This document shows positions 1-7,271 of a stretch of 64,000 nucleotides of DNA, one piece after another (the stretch's first letter is position 1; each line of letters opens with the position of its first letter). The DNA is from Flavobacteriales bacterium (GTDB lineage Bacteria; Bacteroidota; Bacteroidia; Flavobacteriales; Flavobacteriaceae): assembly GCA_004214015.1 (NCBI GenBank), contig SGZE01000001.1:13787-77786 (forward strand), given 5' to 3'. The notes beneath the pieces are model-generated. The model was not told the origin of the DNA, did no database searches, and saw only the letters and a program-made list of their open reading frames with translations. The translations under genes and the position numbers were made by a program.

Positions 1-453
1 TGGGATGCATTGTTTAGTCAAAAAGAATTTAATCTAAAACCTATTGGATTAGCTGCTAGGGATACATTAAGAATTGAGATGGGGTATTGTTTATATGGAA
101 ATGACATTAATGAAGATATAACTACAGAAGAAGCGAATTTAAGATGGATTACAAAAATTGAAACAAATTTTATAGGTAGTCAAATTATTAATGAGCAGAT
201 TCAAAATGGGTGCGATAAAAAATTAATTGGTTTTAAGTTAAAAGAAAAATCAATACCAAGAAAAGATTATGAAATATTTGACAAGGAAAATAAATTTATT
301 GGCAAGGTTACTTCGGGTACATTTTCACCAATTTTAAAGAAAGGAATTGGACTTGCACATATTAATTATATAAATCGCAAAGATGATTTAATATACATTA
401 AGATTAGAAATAATATTTATCAAGCTGAAATTATAAAAACACCCTTTATTTAA
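1..453 (+). CDS. gcvT: Glycine cleavage system aminomethyltransferase (T protein), C-terminal part; the 5' end lies outside the window
   Basis: Frame 1 is open from base 1; the track ORF 10..453 only starts at an internal TTG. ARDTLRIEMGYCLYGNDI and GKVTSGTFSP resemble the conserved C-terminal half of GcvT. Confidence 0.8.
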   Translation, partial: WDALFSQKEFNLKPIGLAARDTLRIEMGYCLYGNDINEDITTEEANLRWITKIETNFIGSQIINEQIQNGCDKKLIGFKLKEKSIPRKDYEIFDKENKFIGKVTSGTFSPILKKGIGLAHINYINRKDDLIYIKIRNNIYQAEIIKTPFI

Positions 454-455
454 CT

Positions 456-1172
456 ATGGGAAGAGCATTTGAATTTAGAAAAGCCAGAAAAATGAAAAGA
501 TGGTCTAATATGGCTAAAACTTTCACTAGAATTGGTAGAGAGATAATAATTGCTGTGAAAGACTCAGGGCCTGATCCATCTACAAATTCAAAATTAAGAG
601 CCATTATTCAGAACGCAAAGGCTGCTAATATGCCTAAAGATAATATTGAAAGAGCTATAAAAAATGCTTCTGAAAAAAGCACAGAAGATTTTAAAGAGAT
701 TTTACTTGAGGGGTATGGTCCTCATGGTATCGCAATTCTTGTAGAAGCTGCTACTGACAATAATAATAGAACTGTTGCAAACATAAGAAGTTACTTTAAT
801 AAGTGTGATGGTAACCTTGCAACATCAGGGTCAGTTGATTTTTTATTTAATCATTTATGCTTCTTTCAAATAAGAGACGAAGGGCTAGACATTGAAGAAC
901 TTGAATTAGACTTAATAGACTTTGGAGTTACAGATTTAAGCAAATCAGAAAGCGAAATAAGTATTACAGCAAAATTTGAAAATTTTGGATCTCTTCAAAA
1001 AGAATTAGAAAGAAGAAAATTTGATATTATATCTAGTGAATTTGAAAGAGAAGCAATTACATTGAAAAACCTTAGTGAGGATGAAATAATTAAAGTAGAG
1101 AAACTAATAAATATGATTGATGAAGATGACGATGTTCAAAATGTTTATCATAATATGAAATCTGATAATTAA
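456..1172 (+). CDS. yebC: YebC/PmpR family DNA-binding transcriptional regulator
   Basis: 238 aa. The N-terminus MGRAFEFRKARKMKRW...NSKLRAIIQNAKAANMPKDNIERAI is the typical YebC signature. Confidence 0.9.
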   Translation: MGRAFEFRKARKMKRWSNMAKTFTRIGREIIIAVKDSGPDPSTNSKLRAIIQNAKAANMPKDNIERAIKNASEKSTEDFKEILLEGYGPHGIAILVEAATDNNNRTVANIRSYFNKCDGNLATSGSVDFLFNHLCFFQIRDEGLDIEELELDLIDFGVTDLSKSESEISITAKFENFGSLQKELERRKFDIISSEFEREAITLKNLSEDEIIKVEKLINMIDEDDDVQNVYHNMKSDN

Positions 1173-1726
1173 ATTTTATTTCTAACAATTACATCACTAA
1201 CCATTTTTTTGAGCTCTTTAAAATCATTATCAATGTTTCCTGTTGGATAAAATCGATTGTTAATCTTTACTTCTTTTCTATTATAGTCAAAAGATACCAT
1301 TAGTATGGGTAATTTTGCTTTCAATGCTATGTAGTAGAAACCTGTCTTCCATTTGTTTACTTTTTTCCTTGTTCCTTCTGGGGCAATTGCCAGAATTTCA
1401 ATTTTATTTGTTTTAAAAAGATCTACAACTGCATCAACAAGGTTTTCATTCTTATTTCTATCAACTGGAATTCCACCAAGAAATTTAAAAAAAAATGATG
1501 TGATTGGATTGAATAATTCTTTTTTACCAATAAATTTAATTTTCAAACCAGAATAAGTTCTTATCAAAACAGCTACTATTAAATCAAAGTAACTAGAATG
1601 AGGAACAACAGCAATAATATATTTATCATTAATAGGTAAAAACCCCTTAACCTTCCATCCAAGAACTTTCTTTAAAATAAACTTTGATAGAATTTTAATC
1701 ATTTTGTGAACTAAATTTTTTTGCAT
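1169..1726 (-). CDS. PlsC-family lysophospholipid acyltransferase
   Basis: Contains the HX4D acyltransferase motif (HSSYFD) and the PEGTR motif. Start is uncertain because it overlaps the kdsB 3' end. Shares a TTAA stop overlap with yebC. Confidence 0.75.
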   Translation of the reverse strand: MQKNLVHKMIKILSKFILKKVLGWKVKGFLPINDKYIIAVVPHSSYFDLIVAVLIRTYSGLKIKFIGKKELFNPITSFFFKFLGGIPVDRNKNENLVDAVVDLFKTNKIEILAIAPEGTRKKVNKWKTGFYYIALKAKLPILMVSFDYNRKEVKINNRFYPTGNIDNDFKELKKMVSDVIVRNKI

Positions 1727-2417
1727 TTAGAAGATCTTCAGGTGTATCTATAGATATACCATGAAAGGAAGTGCTAATCATTTTAATTTTTTTGGAATTC
1801 TCAACAATTCTATTTCCTTCAAGGCTTTCTATCATTTCAAGTTTTGATCTTTCTAATTTAGAAAAATCAATTAATGAGTCTTTTAAAAATGCATATACAC
1901 CTATATGCCTATTATAATCTTGAACTTTATTTGAACCATAAGGAATTGGTAAACGTGAAAAATAAATAGCATTACTATTATTGTCAACAATAACCTTAAC
2001 ATTATTTGGATTGTTTATTTCATCAAAAGACTTAAACTTAGTCATTAATGAAGCAATTTGAACATTAGGATCTTTAAATGAATTTATTAAATCACTAATA
2101 GCATCTTTATTAATAAATGGTTCATCACCTTGAAGGTTTACAACGATATGATGATCTATATTAACTGCCGCTTCAGCAATTCTATCGGTTCCTGAAGAAT
2201 GATTTTTTAAAGATTTAGACACAAGCCCTCCCTCAGATACTATAAGATCTAAAATCTCACTATTAGCACTAACTACATAAACTTCATCGAAAAGCTTAGT
2301 ATCTATTGCAGATCTATAAGTTTTAAGTATAATAGGTATTCCATTAATTTTTTTAAGTAATTTATTAGGAAACCTTTCAGACTCGAGTCTAGCAGGGATT
2401 AAAGCTATAGTTTTCAT
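1695..2417 (-). CDS. kdsB: 3-deoxy-manno-octulosonate cytidylyltransferase (CMP-KDO synthetase)
   Basis: 240 aa. IALIPARLESERFPNKLL N-terminus and LQGDEP motif are typical of KdsB. Confidence 0.9.
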   Translation of the reverse strand: MKTIALIPARLESERFPNKLLKKINGIPIILKTYRSAIDTKLFDEVYVVSANSEILDLIVSEGGLVSKSLKNHSSGTDRIAEAAVNIDHHIVVNLQGDEPFINKDAISDLINSFKDPNVQIASLMTKFKSFDEINNPNNVKVIVDNNSNAIYFSRLPIPYGSNKVQDYNRHIGVYAFLKDSLIDFSKLERSKLEMIESLEGNRIVENSKKIKMISTSFHGISIDTPEDLLNAKKFSSQND

Positions 2418-2505
2418 TTAAAATATTTTTCTAATATAATTCATTTATATATTGTATCACGAAAAAAAAAAAATTGTAGATTTGTTAGAATCAAAAATTA
2501 CCGAA

Positions 2506-3162
2506 ATGAATAAAAAACGTGCATTATTTTTCTTTTTATGGTGTCTATCAATCTTTTTTGCATCACAAATATACAGTTCTATTAATGGACCTATAAAATT
2601 TAATAAAGTAAAGAATGAGAGATATACTCAAGTTATTAATAGGCTAAAGGATATTAGAAATGCTCAGATTGCCCATAAAGATGTAACTGGCTTTTACGCA
2701 AACAACTTTGACAGCTTAGTAAGTTTTGTTGATAATGGGATATTTACACTTATCGAAAAAAGAGATTCATCTTATTTAGAGTATAACAGATTATACAGAA
2801 TTGATATGCTAAAAGAAGTTGAAATAGTTGATACACTTGGTTTTGTTTCAGTAAAAGATTCACTATTTGGTCAAAATGAATCATACAAGATGATGGCAAA
2901 AGTTCCGATACAAGGAACTGATTCAGAGTTTTCTATAAAAGCAGATATAATTGACAAAAATGGTTATCAGGTTCCTGTATTTGAAGTTAAAGTTACTAAA
3001 GATATTGTCCTATTCGATCAAAACAAAGATTTACTAGATCAAGAAAATAAAGTTATTTCGGTTGATGGAGTTAATGGAAGAGAGATTATTTTAGGTTCTA
3101 TGTCTGAGGTAAGTACTAGCGGAAACTGGCCTACTATTTTTGATGCAAAAAACAAAGAGTAA
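2506..3162 (+). CDS. Hypothetical membrane-anchored protein
   Basis: The track ORF starts at TTG 2452. ATG 2506 gives MNKKRALFFFLWCLSIFFASQ, an N-terminal signal/anchor. I recognised no family motif. Confidence 0.5.
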   Translation: MNKKRALFFFLWCLSIFFASQIYSSINGPIKFNKVKNERYTQVINRLKDIRNAQIAHKDVTGFYANNFDSLVSFVDNGIFTLIEKRDSSYLEYNRLYRIDMLKEVEIVDTLGFVSVKDSLFGQNESYKMMAKVPIQGTDSEFSIKADIIDKNGYQVPVFEVKVTKDIVLFDQNKDLLDQENKVISVDGVNGREIILGSMSEVSTSGNWPTIFDAKNKE

Positions 3163-3892
3163 CACTAAAAAAACATTTGTTTATCAATTTGAAACCCACT
3201 TTCTTATTGAATCAGCAACTGATAATCATGAATTTTATTTTTCAGATAAGGATTATCTTGCAAAATCAAATATTTTTTTTTCAAAACTAGATAAAGATTA
3301 TGTTGAAGTTATTTATTTAAATTCTCAACCGTCTATTGTTCCCAGTTTATATTTTGAGGAAAACATGAAGTCCAAATACTTAGATACAAACACAGTTGTT
3401 TCTAAGTCTATTGTAACTGACACATCAAGTGATAGAAAAATAAAAGTGGTTTATTCAATTTCAGATGAATTAACTGAATTACTAGTTAAAAATAACCTGG
3501 AATACTCTAATAACAATTACTTTACTTATTTATATAATTTCTTAGTTAATAAAATTTCAAAATCAGATGGATTTTCATTTTATATAAACCTAAACTATAA
3601 ATCGTTTGATATAATTATTTTTAATAATAACGAGTTTATTTTTTTTAATTCTTTTAAAATCAATGATGAAAATGAGTTTTTGTACTATTTGTTCTTTGTA
3701 TTAAAGAACTATGAAAGTTCAAATAAAAGTGATAAAATTATATTTCTAGGAAAATTCGAAAAATTTAAAGATTATTATGAAATTGCTTCAAAGTACTCTA
3801 TTATTGATTTTGTTGACCTAACCAATAATTCCTCAATAATTAATGATTCACCATTTTTTTCAATTGTAAATGAGAATTATATCAGGAACTAA
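3143..3892 (+). CDS. Hypothetical protein, possibly the conserved Bacteroidota protein usually found upstream of rsmD (DUF3822-like; from memory, unverified)
   Basis: 249-aa ORF with ATG at 3143. Overlaps both neighbours, consistent with co-translation. Identified only by its position next to rsmD. Confidence 0.5.
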   Translation: MQKTKSNTKKTFVYQFETHFLIESATDNHEFYFSDKDYLAKSNIFFSKLDKDYVEVIYLNSQPSIVPSLYFEENMKSKYLDTNTVVSKSIVTDTSSDRKIKVVYSISDELTELLVKNNLEYSNNNYFTYLYNFLVNKISKSDGFSFYINLNYKSFDIIIFNNNEFIFFNSFKINDENEFLYYLFFVLKNYESSNKSDKIIFLGKFEKFKDYYEIASKYSIIDFVDLTNNSSIINDSPFFSIVNENYIRN

Positions 3893-4415
3893 AAAAAGTA
3901 TCTCTATTAGAGCTCCAAAAAACCTTCCAGTTAGACCAACTACAGATAAGGTAAAAGAATCCCTTTTTAATATAATTTCAAATAAATTTGATATTCCTGG
4001 ATTAACTGTTTTAGACTTGTTTTCAGGAACAGGAAATATTTCATATGAATTTGCATCTAGAGGTTGTTCTGAAATAGTATCTATTGATAACAATCATAAT
4101 TGTATTAGATTCATTAATAAAACTGCACTAAATTTTGATTTTAATATTCAAACAAAAAAGATAGACTATAAAGTTTACTTAAAGAATACAAAGAGAAAAT
4201 TTGATATAATTTTTGCAGATCCTCCATATAATTTTTCGAATAAACAATACATTGAAATGGTTAATCAGATTAAAGAATTTGATATTCTAAATAATGATGG
4301 AGAGATAATAATTGAACATAGTTCAAACATATCCTTATTTAATTCTAATGAAAAAATAGAAGAAAGGAAATATGGTTCTTCTGTATTAACTATTATAAAA
4401 AAAGCAAGCCTATAA
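3870..4415 (+). CDS. rsmD: 16S rRNA (guanine966-N2)-methyltransferase
   Basis: 181 aa. SAM-binding LDLFSGTGN and DPPY catalytic motif; length is typical of RsmD. Confidence 0.85.
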   Translation: MRIISGTKKSISIRAPKNLPVRPTTDKVKESLFNIISNKFDIPGLTVLDLFSGTGNISYEFASRGCSEIVSIDNNHNCIRFINKTALNFDFNIQTKKIDYKVYLKNTKRKFDIIFADPPYNFSNKQYIEMVNQIKEFDILNNDGEIIIEHSSNISLFNSNEKIEERKYGSSVLTIIKKASL

Positions 4416-4685
4416 GCCGGATTCTGTCGAGTCTTATCATTTATCTAGATGTAATATTACTATTACATTCATACCGCCTACCCTTCTACTTAAAACGAGC
4501 AATTTTAAAATGTAGATTTACTTGGCGTTTCACCATGCAGAGTTTACAAGATTCCACTACAGCATTACCTGTACATACTTTCTGTTGCACTATTCCTATC
4601 TATAAATAGATGACGGGTGTTACCCGCTGCATTGCTCTTTGGTGTCCGGACTTTCCTCTGAATAAACAGCGATAAGTCAGCTTGC
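4404..4685 (-). ncRNA. rnpB: RNase P RNA (bacterial type A-like, reduced size, about 282 nt)
   Basis: The minus strand reads GCAAGCUGACUUAUC...GAGGAAAGUCCGGAC (universal P4 5' strand) ...GGUAACACCCG...CAACAGAAAG...ACAGAAUCCGGCUUAUAGGCUUGC (P4 3' strand). GCAAGC/GCUUGC at the two ends can form P1. The region is locally G+C-rich in an AT-rich genome. Ends are inferred from P1 pairing only. Confidence 0.85.
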
Positions 4686-4689
4686 ATAA

Positions 4690-4697
4690 CAAATATA
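4690..4697 (-). promoter_or_regulatory. Candidate Bacteroidota -7 promoter box (TATATTTG) for rnpB
   Basis: Exact TAnnTTTG on the minus strand, 4 nt upstream of the inferred RNase P RNA 5' end. Confidence 0.45.
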
Positions 4698-4759
4698 GTG
4701 TTTGTTGATAATTTTATTAAAAAAAATATATCATTTGAGAATAATTTTTTCTCAATCTC

Positions 4760-4767
4760 TATATTTG
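4760..4767 (+). promoter_or_regulatory. Candidate -7 promoter box (TATATTTG) for dnaX
   Basis: Exact TAnnTTTG, 6 nt upstream of the dnaX ATG at 4774. Confidence 0.4.
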
Positions 4768-4773
4768 TTAATA

Positions 4774-5835
4774 ATGAATAAATCCTCAATTTCATCAGCA
4801 TCTGAATACAGACCAAAGGATTTTAGTGATATGATTGGGCAAGATGCCATAGTCAAAACACTTTCAAATGCTATAAAAAATGATCAAATACCACAAGCTC
4901 TTCTCTTTTGTGGACCAAGAGGTGTGGGTAAAACATCATGTGCAAGGATTCTTGCTAAACAGATAAATGATCTAGAGGATAACTTTGAGTATAATATTTT
5001 TGAACTTGACGCAGCATCTAATAATTCTGTTGAAGATATCAGAAATATTACTGATCAAATTAGAATACCTCCTCAAATTGGAAAATATAAAGTTTACATA
5101 ATAGATGAAGTTCACATGCTTTCTAATGCTGCATTTAATGCATTCTTAAAATCATTAGAAGAACCTCCAAAACATGTTGTATTTATTTTAGCAACAACAG
5201 AAAAAAATAAAATTATTCCAACAATTTTATCTAGATGTCAAATTTATGATTTTAAGAAAGTTGACAGCTCATCAATCACCAAACTTTTAACTAGTATTTG
5301 TGTTGACAAAAAAATTAAATTTGATGAGAATTCATTGGCATTGATAGCTGAGAAATCTGATGGATCAATTAGAGATTCACTCTCAATGTTTGACAGGTTG
5401 GTAAGCTTTACAGATTCTAATTTAACAATCGCTGATGTAACATCTAATTTAAATGTTTTAGATTATGATACATATTTTGATTTATCAAGTTTTATTTTAA
5501 AAAAAGATATTCCAGGGATTTTAACAAAATACAATGATATTTTTAGTCGTGGTTTTGATGATATCAATTTTTTAAATGGTTTATCTAGACACTTAAGAGA
5601 GATGTTAGTCAGTAAATTAGGTACTTCAGAAAAAATATCTGACTTAAACAATGAATTAAAAGCAAAATATTTAGATCAATCTAATAATTTTTTAGATGCA
5701 GATCTTATTCTAATGATTCAAATAATTAATGAATGTTTAATAAATTATCAAAAAATAAATGATAAAAGAATTCATATAGAGCTTTGCTTAATGAGGATAG
5801 CTTCAATTGATAGCATTAAAAAAAAAAATCCTTAA
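4774..5835 (+). CDS. dnaX: DNA polymerase III clamp-loader subunit, zero-frame product (gamma-like, domains I-III, 353 aa)
   Basis: Walker A GPRGVGKTS, Walker B DEVHML, SRC motif SRCQ. ATG 4774 (MNKSS...) is preferred over the track start at 4702, which would run through the rnpB promoter region. Stops at TAA 5833-5835, two codons after an A11 run. Confidence 0.9.
   Translation: MNKSSISSASEYRPKDFSDMIGQDAIVKTLSNAIKNDQIPQALLFCGPRGVGKTSCARILAKQINDLEDNFEYNIFELDAASNNSVEDIRNITDQIRIPPQIGKYKVYIIDEVHMLSNAAFNAFLKSLEEPPKHVVFILATTEKNKIIPTILSRCQIYDFKKVDSSSITKLLTSICVDKKIKFDENSLALIAEKSDGSIRDSLSMFDRLVSFTDSNLTIADVTSNLNVLDYDTYFDLSSFILKKDIPGILTKYNDIFSRGFDDINFLNGLSRHLREMLVSKLGTSEKISDLNNELKAKYLDQSNNFLDADLILMIQIINECLINYQKINDKRIHIELCLMRIASIDSIKKKNP
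5818..5828 (+). other. A11 homopolymer: candidate -1 ribosomal frameshift / transcriptional slippage site in dnaX (or a homopolymer sequencing error)
   Basis: Eleven consecutive A. The only overlap between the zero-frame dnaX ORF and the downstream -1 frame ORF (5820-5832) coincides with this run. Contains the A AAA AAA slippery heptamer. Confidence 0.5.
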
Positions 5836-6386
5836 TTAAAACTTCAGACATAAAAAGTCTTATAAAGAAGGAAACAAAAGAACTTGATGATTATACTGAA
5901 TCTAATAATAAAAAATTATTTAATTCACCTCAACTTGAAGAAGTATCATCTTTATCTCTAGCTAGTTTAAGTTTTAAAAATTCCACTGAAGAAATACAAG
6001 AAGAAAAATTAGATAATTTACCTTCAGATAATTTCACAGAAAATGATTTTCAAATTGTTTGGAAAAAATTCTGTGATATAGAAAAAAATAAAGGAAATAA
6101 TAATATTCTTTCTCTCTTAAATATGAATAATCCGAGTATTAATGATAATATCATTACAATATCTACAATTAATAAAATGAATTTTAAAGAAGTTAAAGGT
6201 TACAAAAGTAGAATTCAAACATTCTTATCAAAGGAGTTAAATAATTACTCAATATCAGTAGATGTTAAATTATCTGATGAGATTACTAAAAGTTCTTACC
6301 TAGACAGTAAAGATAAACTTGATTTATTAATAAAAGACAATGAAAACATTGGTAAATTAATTACTGAATTAAAGTTAAGAATCTAA
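5820..6386 (+). CDS. dnaX: dnaX C-terminal (tau-specific) segment in the -1 frame, 188 codons
   Basis: The frame with codon starts divisible by 3 is closed by TAA 5817-5819, then open from 5820 to TAA 6384-6386. The track shows only 6123..6386, from the first ATG. The sequence ...NFTENDFQIVWKKFCDIEKNKGNNNILSLL...SRIQTFLSKELNNYSISVDVKL resembles the C-terminal part of full-length Bacteroidota DnaX as I recall it. Confidence 0.7.
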   Translation, partial: KKKSLIKTSDIKSLIKKETKELDDYTESNNKKLFNSPQLEEVSSLSLASLSFKNSTEEIQEEKLDNLPSDNFTENDFQIVWKKFCDIEKNKGNNNILSLLNMNNPSINDNIITISTINKMNFKEVKGYKSRIQTFLSKELNNYSISVDVKLSDEITKSSYLDSKDKLDLLIKDNENIGKLITELKLRI

Positions 6387-7271
6387 CTTACTAGCATTAT
6401 TTTCATAAAATATTTCATTTATCATCCCATCAACTAAGCCTGACTTTGGTACAAAAATTTTATTAGCTTTAACAAACTCCATAGTTGTTATAAATATTTT
6501 TAAAGCATAAATTATTACATCAGCTCTATCAGGGTTTAAATCAAACTTCATCATTCTCTCTTGGTAATTAAATTCCATTAAATTATTTGATAAATCTTTA
6601 ATTGAAAGATAAGAAATAGGTTTACCAGATTTTGAACCTGTCATTGATTGAATTTTATTTATGTTTCCGCCTGTTGCAAATAATTTAATCTTATCATCAT
6701 TATCTATGTTAGATTGTAACCATTTTTTTATATCCATAAACATTGAATCATCAACTAAATTATTAAGGAGTCTAACAGTACCAATTTTAAATGATCTAGA
6801 TATCTTTTCCTTACCTTTTCTTAAAATTGAAAATTCAGTGCTTCCTCCACCAACATCAACATATAAAAAGGTTTTATTAAACTCAATTTTCTCATGAGAA
6901 TTACCTTTAGAGATTATTTTAGCCTCCTTTATGCCTGTAATTAGTTCTATATTTAAATCCGTATTCTTTTTTACAATTGATATTACTTCTTTTGAATTTA
7001 TTGATTCTCTGAGAGCTGAAGTAGCGTAAATCTTATAATCTTTTACTCCATGCACTTTCATTATATACTTAAAAGATAAGATTGCATTTGTAAGTAGAAT
7101 GATTTTTTCATTTGATATTACACCATTTTTGAAAGAATCTTCACCAAGCCTTATGGGTAGTCTTAAATATGAGTTTTTTTGAAATACATATTCATCTCCT
7201 GAAGAAATAACATAGGAAATAAGCATTCTCACAGCATTAGAACCAATATCAATAGCAGCAATTTTTCTCAA
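6375..7271 (-). CDS. ppx: Exopolyphosphatase (Ppx/GppA family)
   Basis: 298 aa. IAAIDIGSNAVRMLIS and DVGGGSTE are actin-fold ATPase motifs typical of Ppx/GppA. 4-nt overlap with ppk1. Confidence 0.85.
   Translation of the reverse strand: MRKIAAIDIGSNAVRMLISYVISSGDEYVFQKNSYLRLPIRLGEDSFKNGVISNEKIILLTNAILSFKYIMKVHGVKDYKIYATSALRESINSKEVISIVKKNTDLNIELITGIKEAKIISKGNSHEKIEFNKTFLYVDVGGGSTEFSILRKGKEKISRSFKIGTVRLLNNLVDDSMFMDIKKWLQSNIDNDDKIKLFATGGNINKIQSMTGSKSGKPISYLSIKDLSNNLMEFNYQERMMKFDLNPDRADVIIYALKIFITTMEFVKANKIFVPKSGLVDGMINEIFYENNASKLDS

Noticed and set aside
4565-4816. 83-aa minus-strand ORF spanning the rsmD-dnaX spacer.
   Set aside because: It is explained by the RNase P RNA gene (conserved P4 strands) and runs through the dnaX start region. 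It is not protein-like.
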